The notes under the pieces were generated by a model. That model searched no databases. It was not told where the DNA came from and worked only from the letters and a program-made list of their open reading frames with translations. DNA of 60,874 bases, filler included, from Basidioascus undulatus (lineage: Eukaryota): assembly GCA_000826855.1 (NCBI GenBank). It is 5 parts of 5 records of this genome, joined end to end, with 100 filler letters (N's around TTAATTAATTAA, not from the genome) between each part and the next. Parts side by side here need not be neighbours in the genome. Positions count along the whole stretch, not along the records: positions 8,078 to 16,050 come from JTLS01001457.1; positions 16,151 to 24,117 come from JTLS01001458.1; positions 24,218 to 32,181 come from JTLS01001459.1; 2 more parts are not named here. The stretch is one strand, 5' to 3'. Of the stretch, positions 14,017 to 26,769 are shown in pieces (position 1 is the stretch's first letter; each line of letters opens with the position of its first letter). Position numbers and translations under genes: made by a program.

Positions 14017-14682
14017 CATGGCCGTTTCACAGCACGGTGTCCGCGGATTGAGCCGTATTTGTCTGTTCTTTCCCTGTAAGTTGAGAACCCAATGATAAGG
14101 TAAGGTAAGGCCGGGATGCTCAACGCAAGGACAGCGTCGAGCCTCCGACTGATTCACGCCGACGAACCCTGACACCTTACCTTGTCTTGGCTTTTAGTTT
14201 TAGGCGCATTGCAGCCCAACCCACCCCCCATATTGTTCATTACAGGTCCTTCAGATCGTTAGCTCGCAGCCCAGAAGAGCGTCAACGCTTCAATGAGCAC
14301 CGAGGTGTTGTGCCTGTCCTGGTCGCACGGGCGTGCCGATGCCTAATTAGTTCTGGCCGGACGATTCAACCTCAATATCAACCTTGCGAACGGGCCTGCC
14401 GACACCCGATCCCAAGGCTGCACCAGCCTCTAGCGTGAGGGCGATAGTCCGCGCGGTACGCTCGAAGTCCTTGCGCAGCCCGAGAACAGGCAGTACGCTT
14501 CTCGGCAGTCCAGGGCGAAGTGACAAGTGGTCTGTGAGTTTGACGACCGATCATGCTGGACCGTGAGCGTGAAAGAGACACGCCCACAGCCGGACCCCCG
14601 CCCCGCTGTATCGCAGTGACAAGCACAATACAGCTGCGCAGCAGTGCAAAATGCCTGCGTCGTTCATCGCAGCTCTCCTTAC

Positions 14683-15571
14683 TCACCACGTCGCCTCCCT
14701 CCCCTTCACCCACTCCCCCACCCCCTTATTCCCCAGCCAGTCGACCCGCACGTCCTCAAGGTGCTCATCAAAGTCGCCGAGCCTTTCATGCACGCCCGCG
14801 CGGAGGGCGTCGCGCGTGAGGGCGGGGTTGGGTGTCGAGACGGGATGGGAGGCGGAGGGGGCGTGGGATTTCGAGTCGAGGGCCTATTCTTGGTTGCATA
14901 GTCAGAGGAAATGAAGTATAGGGGAGAAAGGTGACGTACGACAAGCGCGGGAGATTCCGGGTCCGCGAGGTCCGCGGGGGAGAGGAGGAGGATGGAGGGG
15001 TTGTGGGGAGCCGTGGACTTTGCGAAGCGCGCGGCGAGCGCCTGGCCGGTCGGGGAGAGCGCCGCGGGGGTCGAGAGCGACTCGTCCGCCTGGTAGTACC
15101 CTACTAGCGCGAGGGAGAGCGCGGAGGCGTGAGAGGCTGCCTGTGGGTCGGTGGGTGGGGGGGTGCGAGCAGCAGGGTGAGGGAGGATAGACGGGGGAGG
15201 AGGGAGAGGGAGGGACGCACGAGCTCAAGCGCAACTTCCATCATGGGCGAGAGGGACGTCCAGTTGTGGAGGAGCGGGATGGCATCTTCCATGCGGGCCG
15301 GGCGGGTGAGCTTCGGAGGGCAATGGGTTGGAGGGAAGGGATGGACGCGCACCGACGACGTCTACCGCCCCATCCTGGCCAATCTTTCCGACTAGCACAC
15401 CATTCACGATGTGCTCGGGGTATCGCGCTGTCCCCCGTCCAGCGTCAGAAGATAACGATGGGGACGGGAATGGGGATGGGAAGGCAGGGACGGAAGGGGA
15501 GAGAGGAGCATACCGGCATGGAGGATGATCTTGGTGTGCGCCAACGGCGAGAGCGTCGTAGACGGCGGCAT
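14683..15571 (-). CDS. EMC8: ER membrane complex subunit 8/9 (UPF0172 family)
   Basis: MPPSTTLSPLAHTKIILHAARYPEHIVNGVLVG...DAIPLLHNWTSLSPMMEVALEL...LGDFDEHLEDVRVDWLGN; stop 14683-14685. Confidence 0.85.
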
Positions 15572-15945
15572 GATGCGTAATGGAGCGGTGAAGGGGAAGC
15601 GTACTAGGGAAGTCGCCATGCATGCGCCGTGGACGCGAGGCCGGCGGGGGTGCTGGGGGACGAGGGGGAGGGCTGTTGCGAGTGCGCCTGATGCCAGAGG
15701 AGTGGCAAACAGATAGACGGTCTGGTTCGTCTGCAGCTCCCCATTCCGGGTAACACCCAGGCATACCACTGTCCCCGGAGAAATCTCACGTCTCAGTTCA
15801 GAGTATGATCCCAGCTGCAGGATGTGCTGTAAGCTGCGTTACTCGACCACATAATACAAACAATCACGTGAATCCCAAGTCCCAAGTCGCTGCCGATGCT
15901 CCCTTGCTCTCTTTCCACATCCTGCACACACCCATTATTCTCCCA

Positions 15946-16050
15946 ATGCGTCCCCTCTGCCGCCGCCCTCAGAGCCTCCTCCGGGCGCTGCACACCTCCC
16001 CTTCCACCCCTCCCCCATTCTCCCCGCCCCCTCAACCCGTCCCGCTCTCC
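15946..16050 (+). CDS. Possible 5' start of a mitochondrial protein (MRPLCRRPQSLLRALHTS...), cut by gap
   Basis: Arg-rich, acid-free N-terminus, divergent from EMC8/9. Confidence 0.35.
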
Positions 16051-16150
16051 NNNNNNNNNNNNNNNNNNNNNNNNNNNNNNNNNNNNNNNNNNNNTTAATT
16101 AATTAANNNNNNNNNNNNNNNNNNNNNNNNNNNNNNNNNNNNNNNNNNNN
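16051..16150. other. Assembly spacer N44-TTAATTAATTAA-N44
   Basis: Same linker structure. Confidence 0.97.
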
Positions 16151-16199
16151 GGGCAAAACTTGTGTGCTGATGGCTGTTGGTCGGATGGATGGGAAACAG

Positions 16200-17923
16200 G
16201 ACGTCGGTCAGCACGCCCATCTGGTCCGGCGCCGTTGCGCTCTACCTCCAGGCGAACGGCAAGAACACCCCGCCTGCGACGGTCTCGGCCGCGTTTGCGG
16301 GCACCGCGAAGCCCGTCCCCGCCAGCGCTGACGGGGACGCGCTGTCGAGCGTTGCTGGGCAGGGCAGTGCGTCTTTTCCCTTTCTGTTTCTTCCTTCGCT
16401 TTTCTTCTTGTGATGATACTGACGGCGTTCGTATGTTTGGATGGATGTGCTGACAGCCGGCCTGATCGACGCGTACGCGGCCGTGCACACCCAGACGATC
16501 GTCTCCCCGTCGCAGCTCAACCTGAACGACACTGCCAACTTCAAGGGCACGCAGATCATCACAATCCGTAACAATGGCAACCGCGCAAAGTGGTATACGC
16601 TCTCGCACGTTCCCGCCCTCACCGCAAACTTCCTTACGCCCGTGCGTCATATACCCTTTTCTCTTCGTTTCCTTGTGATGGTGTGGCTGACTTTCCTGTT
16701 ACGCGTTGCGCAGGGCTATCTACAACCGAACCCGAACCCCGTCCCGACGACGAGCGCGGCCGCAACAGTCCGCTTCCTGACCACGCGCGTGCTCGTCCTC
16801 CCCAAGGTCTCGCTCCCCGTCGTCGTCAACTTCAGCGCGCCGGAGGACGTCGACGCGCGCGCGTACCCCGTCTACAGCGGGTTCATCGTCATCGATGACG
16901 GGCAGGGCGAGACGGTCCGGGTTGCTTACAACGGTGCGTAGCTCGCTTCTCTCCGTCGTGTTTGCCACCTCCATGTTCGTTCAAGCTGAATGAAAGTGGG
17001 TACGGCGCAGGCATCGCGGCGAAGCTCGGGGACCTCCAGGTGCTCGACAACACGGACGACTACTTCTTGCAGGGCTTCCCCGTGCCGTTCACCTACAAAC
17101 AGGCGAACCGCGCGCTCCAGTTTTCGAACCCCGTTACGTACACGCTTGCGAACCGGGATGCGCCGGCGATCGTCTACCGGTGCGTGGCTTTCCCCCGTCC
17201 TGCCACGGACCGGATCATGGCTGACTGGAGCGCAAGCTGAACCACAGCCTCTCCGCGCCCTCGCCCTACGTCCGCATCGACCTCATCGACACCGCCCAAA
17301 ACTTCACGCCGACTTACCCGATCCAAGCGCCCGCGTGGTTCAACGCCAAGCGCTCGCCCGCAGCGCTCGACGCGCACCGTCAACGCCTGGAGAAGCGTCT
17401 CCGGCTCGACCTCGACCTCAACCTCGGCGCCGGCAGCAGCCGCGGCGAGGACAAGGACAACGTCGTCTCATCCCTCGTCGGGAACGTTACGGGCCTGCTG
17501 TTCAAGTGGCTCGGCGGCGGCAACGGGAAGAACACGTTTGCGCAGACGCCGGTCGTGGGCGTGCTGGATGAAGATTTGGGCGTTAGTCGAAGGTCCGTCG
17601 TCTTCTCTGTTTCTGTTGCGGCAAGAGCGGTTAGTTGACGTGTAGGGAGGGAACAGCGGGTTCGTGAACAACGCTGAGGGCTTCGGCTACAACCGCTTCC
17701 TTTTCTCGGGCAACTTCCTGAACGGCACGGCCGTCCCCAACGGGACGTACAAGATCCTCATCCGCGCGCTCAAGATCACGGGCGACCCGGCGGACGCGGA
17801 CGACTGTGCGTCACACTCCCACTCCGGCCTTTCAATTTCTCCTCGGTTCGCTGATAGCGGTGTGGTTTTGAATCGACAGACGAGAGCTGGTTGTCCGGCC
17901 CGATGACGTTCGCCAGGCCTTGA
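16200..17923 (+). CDS. Subtilisin-like S8 serine protease, C-terminal part with Fn3-like domain; 5' end lost at gap
   Basis: Catalytic Ser region GTSVSTPIWSGAVALY; SVAGQGAGLIDAYAAVH; VSPSQLNLNDT; YPVYSGFI; VPNGTYKILIRALKITGDP; YESWLSGPMTFARP*. Confidence 0.85.
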
Positions 17924-18556
17924 TCACCGCCGCTCGTTGCCACCGCCTCCCTTTTTTTCCCCTCCCTCTCGGACTTTCCGTCGCTTCTCGCCTATCTTCC
18001 TCTTCTGGGAAGCCAGGACCTAAGGACTTTATAACTCTCTTTTTCTCCATTCGCCTTGCCCCGGAGCAGCCCACTCGATACCGCTCTCGCCTGCTTATTA
18101 CTGTACCTAGTCGCATACCCTTGCACTTATACATTCCCCTTGGCCGCTTGCTTTGTCTTGGTTTCGCTTTGCACGGGCCCTTTCATGTGCTTTTATTAGC
18201 CTTTGGACTTGTTGGAACAACTGTTGAACGCTATATATATTATACCTTGGTGCTCGCCAGTTCTTTAATATGAATGCGAAAGTGCGGGCTGGAACGGCCG
18301 GGCAGCGATCGTCTGGACCGACCTACCTCTGCTTCGTTTGAAAGGGGCGGAAGTTACGTGGATGCAGGCACAGCTGTGAAATCCAAGGTCACGGATGGAT
18401 CGTTCCAGTCGCAACAAAGCAATGACAAGAGACGTATGGAAGATTTGTTCATGGTTCGTGGCTAGCGTAAGGGTCGTGACACAAATGAGTAGCGAAAGAT
18501 ATGCAAGTGCGAGAGTACGGCGCAGTGCAAAAAATCAAAAAGTTCTGTGGAAATGG

Positions 18557-21500
18557 TCACGCCGCGGACTCGCCGCGCATGGACCGACTCATTGAGAGGA
18601 GAATGGATTCCATGCTGTGGTGAAGCGGTCGACATCAGCAGGCGACCTGCGTCAGGGTCAGGGAAGAAAAGAAACGTACCGCTTGCTCCTCTCGTTCAGC
18701 GCCTGAAGCTCCTCCCTGAGCTGAACAACCTCCGCATCCCTCTCCTTCTTCTCCGCGAGCTCAGCGCGTGTCGGAGCGGCAGCGATGCGCACCCTGTCCG
18801 CAGGCTCCGGCTGCTGGGAAACCCCAACTGGGCGGCCAAACAGCCGTGCAATCGGCGAGCCAAATAACCCATTCGCCTTCGCTGGGGACCTCGCCGACGC
18901 GCCGGAGGCATCTTCGAATACGGCTGAGCGCCGCTTGCGGGACGCGCTCGAGCGGGCGCGAGACGGGGCGCGCGAAGGGACCGGCGCGTCTTCATCGTCG
19001 GTGGGGCGGCCGCGGCGCGGAGAGGTGGGAGGAAGACCGCTGAATGAGACGGTGTCGGCCTCGGAATCGGACGAGTCGAAGAGGTCGAGGTCGGAGTCTT
19101 CATCCGGGTGGCTGTCGAAGATCGCTTCGAGGACCTCCTCCGTCCCGCTGCCGAGCAGGACGCTGTGCCAACCAAGATGTCAGTATTCGGAGCCGGGGAG
19201 CACGCGCATGCGCTCTGGCACGTACCCGAACAAAGTCGTCGAAGTGACCTGCCGCGGTAGACGGTCGAACAGCCGGCGGGCGGCGTCCCGGCCGTTGTCG
19301 AGCAGGGCGGTGGGCGACCCGTACCGCTCGTAGAGCGCGATCGTGATGAGCACCGGAGCGCCCAGTACACGGGTCAAGAAGACTGTGGCAGTTGTAAGTC
19401 AGCCTTCAGGACGTCCCAACAGGGAACGAACGATGCACCGTTCAGCGAGTGAAAGCGGCGCGGTGAGAGCACCCAGCTCGCCGGAAGCAGGACAGCGTAT
19501 CTGTTCAACAGCGTCAGTGATCCAGCGGTAGAGAGGAAGGAAACTGGGCTACATACGCGACGAGGTTAAGTGGTGGTTGATACGAGAAGAGGGCGTCGGT
19601 CTTGGACGTCGATTCGAGGGTGGAGACCGTACATTGGAAGAGGAGCTCTTCGGTCGCATTCGCTGAAATCTGTGAAAACGAGTTATTGGTCATTCAAGCT
19701 TTGTGCATTGAGAACAATGTAAACGAACCTCCGCGAACGTGTTGGAGAGGATGGAGATCAAGATCGTCAAGAGCAGGAACGAGCACTAGGAGAACGTGTC
19801 CGGTGCGGGTGAGCATACACTATCCTAACGGTGCCGAGGTGAAAACGTACAAGCGCCGCAAACAGTACAAGCAGAATAGGCCCGAAGATCTGTGGTCTCC
19901 ATCAGTACCTCGACCTCCTTGCCCCTTTGCGCCGGAACTCACAGGGTGGAACGAGTTGGCTTGCGAGAACGACAGCGACGAGTTACCGAACCTGGTCCAC
20001 GGCACATATTCAGCTGCGCGCTCCTGCATATCCACTCAACTTGGAACTCACCAGATCTGAATCATCAACCACACCACACCGCGGAGAGACCACTTTTCCC
20101 GCCCGAGCTGGACCAAGCAGAATGCGAAGCCCGAGAAGGAGATCACCGCCAGGGTGAGGAAGAAGAAGAGCTCTGCAGAGGGGGGCACGTTGCTTATGAG
20201 GATGAGCGTCAAGGGAAGACGAGCGGAAGTAGGTATGGAGGACGGACCGCGCAGCATCTGTCTCAGGCAGAGGGTGATCACGTTGTTCGAGACGGCGCTG
20301 TTGCGGTGGAGAAGGTTAGTGCGGCGACGAGCACAAAGGCTGGGGGCTTACCTACAAGAAGGCGAGCCTGCGGGGAGGGGCTCACTGTGAGTGCTGAGCG
20401 TTGGATGTTTAGAACGATATGGGGATGTACCGAGGGAAGAGGACGATGCTTGCGCAGGAGAGGGTATCGAACCCCGTCTCGGACCACGCCCAGCCCTTGT
20501 CGCCGCCGACGACGAGTCTGCGCAATCGCGTTCATGAGCTGTCGTACCAATGCGGACCTTGACGATGCTGTGAGAGAAACCCACCCGTGGACGCGGAAGA
20601 ACAGGTAGACGGTCTTTATTGAGGCGTGAGCATGGAGAAGGATCGCCGCTGAAAGTGCGCTTTGTGAGACGAACCCAGATGACGATTATGCATGAGTCGA
20701 AGCTGTTCCAAGTCTGTAGTTGTAGGAGCTTGAGCGCAAGCCTGAATCGCGCTCGGGAGTGACAGACACGCACGTTGGCGATGTAGACGTCGAACCCGCG
20801 TTCCTGCACAGCGGCCTATCGAAGAGGATCAGGATCACAGTTCAGCGGCAGTTGGTTGCGGATGGAGATCAATAACAGATGTACAAACTCGTCCAGCAAG
20901 AACCCGGCCATGAAGATGTTGAACAGACATTCCCAGATGTTGGTCTTTTCGTTCTCGCGATCTGCTCGCGGCTCCCGTTAGTCAACAGTACGGTGATTGT
21001 GTGGCTGGATGGGTGATGCACTGGCAAGACAAAGGACGAAGAGGACGAAGAGCGCGAGGAAGCTTGTGTGGGAAGTTACTCAGCACATGGCGTTGGGAAT
21101 GGAAGAAGTACCGGACACACTTGAGCGCTTCGAGAACGGCCCTATAACGGGGGACGCGGAGTCGTTGATGGTTGAGCCAGGACCTGAGTATAGCTCGTTA
21201 GCTTCGAATAAGCAGCAAGTGGTCTTCCCGAAGCGGCTTACGCGTTCTTGCTGTCGTAGAGCATTGTCGGTCGACGTTTGTAGGCTGCGTCACGCGGTAA
21301 GCGGTGCATCGAGCGGGTCAGATATCAGGATATCTTACTGTCGCTGATGATCGCCTTGCTGGACGTCGCTGCTATGACGACACGACCGGCCCAGATCTCA
21401 TCCACCACGCGCTGGACAAGCGGAGACTTTGTGAAGCGCTTGGCTTCTGACACGATGGCCATCTGTAGACGAGTCAGCCCCGCAAGGCGCAAGGTAAGTG

Positions 21501-22244
21501 ATGTCGCGAGAAATCTGGGACGCACCTCCAGCGCGTTCCCCGCTTCCGCACCCCAATTCTCATCATGCACGCGCTGGCGGACGTCTGGCGGCGCGCCAGC
21601 GAAAGGGTGCCACGGGCCTGCGCAGCAGTCGAGGTTAGCCACACGCGCCTGTGCCGAGAAGAGTAGAGCGCGCACTCGTCAGAGCGCTCACGAGGCGCAT
21701 GCCATCGTCCGAGAAGGAGCGGAGGAGCTTGATCGCGAGGAGCTCGCACACGCTCGCGCGCGTCGAGTTGATCGAGGCGAAGTAGAGGGACTGGCCCTCG
21801 CTGCGAATGCGTGAAAGGGATGAGCATGAGCAACGCCCGAGATTTGTAGACCAGTATTCAGCCGCACTCGGAGAGGAACTTGACGCGGTTGGCAAGCAGG
21901 CAGTAGACTGCGCGACACGAAACGCTGGATAAGCACGCGGGCAGACATGAAACGCGTCAGGGGCGCACTGATGGAGAGGTTTGCATTCTTGCCCCCGTAC
22001 GAAAGGAGAAGCGGCTCGAGGATGGAGAAGTAGAAGTCGGGCGCGGAGATCTGGTCCCAGTCGAGCGGAGAGTCGATGTTGCTCCGGATGTCCTTGCGGA
22101 TGCGATGGATGAGCGGGTAGATGGGCAGACGGGAGAGCTCGCTCTGGGTTGGGGGCAGGAGCGGGGCCCGCCTGGGGCGGTGGAGTCAGTACAAGCAGAT
22201 GGATATAGAGAGGGATTGGGGAGGCACTCTGAGTCTGGGTCCAT
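18557..22244 (-). CDS. Fungal TRP-family cation channel, Yvc1-like
   Basis: IYPLIHRIRKDIRSNIDSPLDWDQI, YCLLANRVKF, TRASVCELLAIKLL, NALEMAIVSEAKRFTKSPLVQRVVDEIWAGRV, HQRLRVPRYR, several TM segments; ATG 22244, stop 18557-18559. Confidence 0.85.
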
Positions 22245-22750
22245 GAGTCCGGCAGGGAAAGAGCGATAAGTCTGCGAAGGGAGAAGGCAAGCTGTGGCTG
22301 CCCTCATGAGTGCTCCACTTCAGCTCGCGGCACGCGGCAGGGAATCACACACACTTCAAACGTGATGTAAGGACCCTACACTTGTTGCTCCATTTCCACT
22401 CTTTCTTTCAATGTTCGCCAGTCGAACAATAGATACAAATTTATCTCGCCGTGGACTGCATTCTGCCGAGCAAGGATCACTTTGTTTTGGCGGCAGTTGG
22501 GGTGCATGACCGGCTCAAGTCCGGTGCTGCGAAGAAAGCTTTCACCAACTTTTACTGCTTATAAAGGATTAGACGTCTTCCTTTTTGATACTAAAATGAT
22601 CTATGAAAGAATTTACCACAAGTCTTCCTGGGGCTTACGCGGTTGCCAGGCGGATCTTTCAGCGTAGTAAGCGGCACCATGAGGCCGATATATAGTGTCT
22701 AGACACCCGCCGGCTTCGGGAGTACTAGTCGATCGGATGAGTTGTTGACC

Positions 22751-22793
22751 GCATCCTATCAGTGATTTTGATCAATTTTGCATCCTATCAGTG
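22751..22793. repeat. Direct repeat GCATCCTATCAGTG x2 (29-bp period) in divergent promoter; each copy holds a GATA site (TGATAG on minus strand)
   Basis: Exact 14-mer at 22751-22764 and 22780-22793. Confidence 0.8.
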
Positions 22794-23071
22794 GACCTGT
22801 TTGTGCGCCGCGAGGCGGCAGGCGACGATCACTGCCGGCAGGATGTGCGATGCGGCACGTGCCTTCCAATCTCAGTTCGCTTATCTTGGTCGCCTGAGAC
22901 GCTGTCCTCAGCGCCCCCCTCTCCCCATCGTTCTCACATCGTTCTTGATACCACCTCCTCGGACCACCCGACCGCTCGCTGGCGGACTACCCAATACTTT
23001 CCTCAGTAATTTTCTCTGCTCGATACGACTCGACACGCCGTGACCGCGACGATATAGCTTGCTAGACGCGC

Positions 23072-24117
23072 ATGAGCGGCGTATCGCTGAGTGCGGCGCT
23101 GGGGTACGCCAGTATCGCGAGTTGGCTGGGAGCACAGTTTCCGTGAGTCTTGAGGCATTGGCATTGTTGTATAATTGGGAGGGGCCTTTGGATGCAACAG
23201 GCCTATTATCTCAGTGTGAAGGGAGGAGTTCGATGGAAGCGAAGTCCATCTCCATGCCTGTGGCTAGACGCTCACACCGTCTGCTCGTCCCACAGTCAAG
23301 TGCTCACCAACATCCGGCTCAAATCCGCCGATGGCCTTGCGCTCCCTTTCCTCGTCAACTGGCTCCTGGGCGATGTGACGAACCTCATAGGCTGCTTGCT
23401 CACCGACCAGCTGCCCTTCCAAGTAGGTCTCCACCCAGTCCTCGCCCCCTGCTCCCTAAAGCTCAACGCCCTCCCCTCCCACAGGTCTACCTAGCGATCT
23501 ACTTTGTCTTTATAGACGTCACGCTCGTCTTCCAATACCTGCACTACTACCGTCCCCCCCCTCCATCCTCCCCCCTCGCGCACCACGCCACCCCGATCTT
23601 GCACCCCGCGCACCACCGCCGGCGCACGTCCTCGCCGCCCCTCCGCCGCTCGGACGAGGTGTACCGCGGCCTGGCCGCAGCAGCCGCGTACGTGGCGGGG
23701 CGCGGCCGGCGGCGGACGGAGGGGATGACGCAGAGCGGGCACAGCGCGCTCGGGCTCGAGGGCATCGAGCACGGGTCCTGGCTTTGCAGTGACCCGTCCA
23801 ACCGCTCTCTCAGTCGAGAACACCTCCCCATCACCGCCTCCCTCGCAACGCTCCCTACTCCCTCCAGCACCCGCACCCCTTCCCCCTCCCCGTCTCTCAC
23901 CACCCAGCGCGGCCGCACGGCCGAGCGCCCTATCTTCACTACCTCCCCCGCGGAGGAATACCCCGCGTACGAGGCGTTCCTCCCCCCGCCCGCACCGGGG
24001 CGGAGCATCAGCCGGGGACGGGCGCCCCGCAAGGGCACGCCTGGGAGCTTAAGGAGGAGCGCGAGCATCGTTCTCCTCGGCGTGTGGGCGGTGGTGGGCA
24101 TCGGCGGGCTGCGGGGG
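23072..24117 (+). CDS. PQ-loop transporter (Ypq1-like vacuolar amino-acid transporter); 3' end lost at gap
   Basis: MSGVSLSAALGYASIASWLGAQFPQVLTNIRLKSADGLALPFLVNWLLGDVTNLIGCLLTDQLPFQVYLAIYFVFIDVTLVFQY. Confidence 0.88.
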
Positions 24118-24217
24118 NNNNNNNNNNNNNNNNNNNNNNNNNNNNNNNNNNNNNNNNNNNNTTAATTAATTAANNNNNNNNNNNNNNNNNNNNNNNNNNN
24201 NNNNNNNNNNNNNNNNN
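24118..24217. other. Assembly spacer N44-TTAATTAATTAA-N44
   Basis: Same linker structure. Confidence 0.97.
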
Positions 24218-26769
24218 AGCTTCCGGCGCTGGTGAGACACGCAGCAGCTGTCACACCCCCAAGTTGGAAAACAGCCTGGCTGTTTTTTTGTTTCCTTGTT
24301 CGCACTTGCGATCTGCAAGGTTGTGATGTCTGAGGTTGAACCTCTCGAGGAGCAAGCACTGCAAGATGTTATGCTGAAAGAAAGAGCACTTTGAAGCACA
24401 GAGTTTGAGCTCGCGGCGCCACCGGAACATGGCATCCTCATGCGACAGTTGGGATCCTTACCAGCATACATCCAAATCTGACAGCTTTTGCACAGTTCGA
24501 AAGATGCCAGGTAGCCTTGAATCCTACACCGCAAGCCCTGGAGGGTGTTGCTCTGAGCTAGGCGTCTGTGCGCACCCACGAGCCTCCTCCACTCACCAAT
24601 CCTGGAAGAGTACTGAGTGGAAGTCATCCTCCTTTTCTTTAACACGGTGCATTTAAGCCTTTCAAAACCTTCAGGGAGGTTCAGATCCAATGGGACAAAC
24701 ACATAAGCAAAGAGGAAGGCATAGCAGCCTGATGCAGATGTATCCTCATATCAGCCCAATTCTGAATGATCTCTATCTTCCCCTTGAATAGGCTTCATAC
24801 TCGGCTACTCAACATAATCTCCATCTCTCCCTTTCTCGGGCCTTGTGCAGTCTTCCTCGACAGCGCAATCGAGGTAGCTGCCACTGGATGTCGCTCGGCT
24901 GGATCAAGATAGCTTGTTTGAGTGTTTCAAGTCGTGCATGATAGAAAAGTGGTACTTCCATGCATAAACCGTATAGTTCCCCACAGTGAAGTGAGGTACA
25001 AAGCGTACCTAGACGCGCCCGAAGATGCCAAGAAACGAGGAGCACTGATACGACACATCCAGAGCTCGTCGAGGAACATCAGAACAAGCCTATGCCTTTG
25101 TCTGGCCTTTTTTTTTCAAGGTCCATATCCCTCTACGGTCGTTGTATGACACCGTCATCCACAGGTTGACACGTCGCAAGCTGGAGTTGTTCATGCGAGT
25201 AGTTGTCACAACTTGACTTTTCGTTAGCGAGTATCCGTGCACTCAGAACTCTTGAACATCATGATCGTTCGAAGGAAACAGGAAGGAGGCACATGCGCTG
25301 CCAAGTCCTCGCGCATACAGGTAACTAGTCAAGCTGTCTTACTGCAGGGTGCACCGCTCGCGTCTGAAAATATGCGATTGCGGCGTTTGTTGAAGTGCAG
25401 GATTCTGAAGGATGCGTTCATTTGTGCCTTAATACCACACGAGTAGCGCCTGTATTAGTCAACGACGGCTATCGCGCTGTCATTGCGAGAGCCCGCTGTG
25501 GGATGATCCAAGATCCTGACATGATGGACGGTGCACGTCGCCAACAACATGATCTATATAAATTCTGTTGAGTCTTACAAGCATGCCTGCAAACTCTTTG
25601 CATCTGCTTGGGTGCCCGTGCAGAGCCGCCGCGTCAGTGAAGTCTGCATGTGGGAACCTCACATTTCCGTGACAATCAAACGTGAAGCCTCCATCCGCCT
25701 GGGCACAGCCCCGCTTTCAATTCAACAAATCCGCTTGGGACGGTTATGGGGTTCCCTCAGAAGCGCAGTAGCGCTGAAAACGTCAACCGCAGGGCTGTTC
25801 TGAAGACCGTCGGATGCGATTCAGTCATCTGTCCGTCCTCAGCCTCGCGTCCAAGACCAGTTTCGCATGACCGTACCGTTGACCAGTAACGTGGCATAGT
25901 GATAGGGTAGCCTATTCGTATGTTAACTGGATTATTGGTATGTGTTATGGTCGTTGAAGATCTCAAATGGAGGCAATATCCAGAGACGCTGCCTGGCAAC
26001 ACTCGGTGAATCCAAAGCATGACCTGGAGTTGCGTACGATCCCACCTTCAGTGACGACTGTCCGAACCGGCCGACCGTCAGCGCTAGGTACAGTCCCCAG
26101 AGAAGTCGGTTTCCATGGTTACCTTTGTAATACGGAATTTTAGATGCACACTGCAGGTTGCCAGTGCTTTACCTGAGGTGGAGGTTGCAGGAGCCGCTGC
26201 CGGCCCTGCCTTTTTCGATGGAGTGGAAAGGTCCGGAAGGGTGCTGCAAAGGAGGTGAGGTGAGTGGCATTGTCAGGCCTGGCTTATATGCGCTGTGAAT
26301 AAATGGGTGATCCCTGAACTTGGCTCTCCAATTCTTTCAAGTCAGAGACCACACCGCTTCGATCCAACAACTGGCTGTTGAACATACATTTCAGACCGCG
26401 CAGAGCTAGCGATTGTACCAAAGCAGAAGACCGCTGCTACTTGAAGGAACAAAGTTCATTCCGTTTCGAATTCCACAGTTCGGCGAACCCAACGGATCGG
26501 ACAATCGCAAGTCGTGCATGTACAATTTTCGCCGCGCCGCTGCCCGCTGGTTTGTCGGGCGCCATCACCACCTCCCGCCTCAACGTACCCTTTCCAGTCC
26601 AACGACTTCCTCAACCCCACTATCTCAGCATGGCTCCTTACGCCTGATCGCTCTGCCGCTGCCCGTTCCTGGCCGGGGACTGCCCACCCTCTCTCACTGC
26701 CGCGGACGCCGCGATCGCGCTTCAGTTAGACTCAGGAAGCCGTCGACCCCTATGGGCAAGGGCATATTC

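Noticed and set aside
22754..22766. TCCTATCAGTGAT resembles part of the tetO operator
   Set aside because: Only a partial match, the palindromic second half is missing, and there is no vector context.
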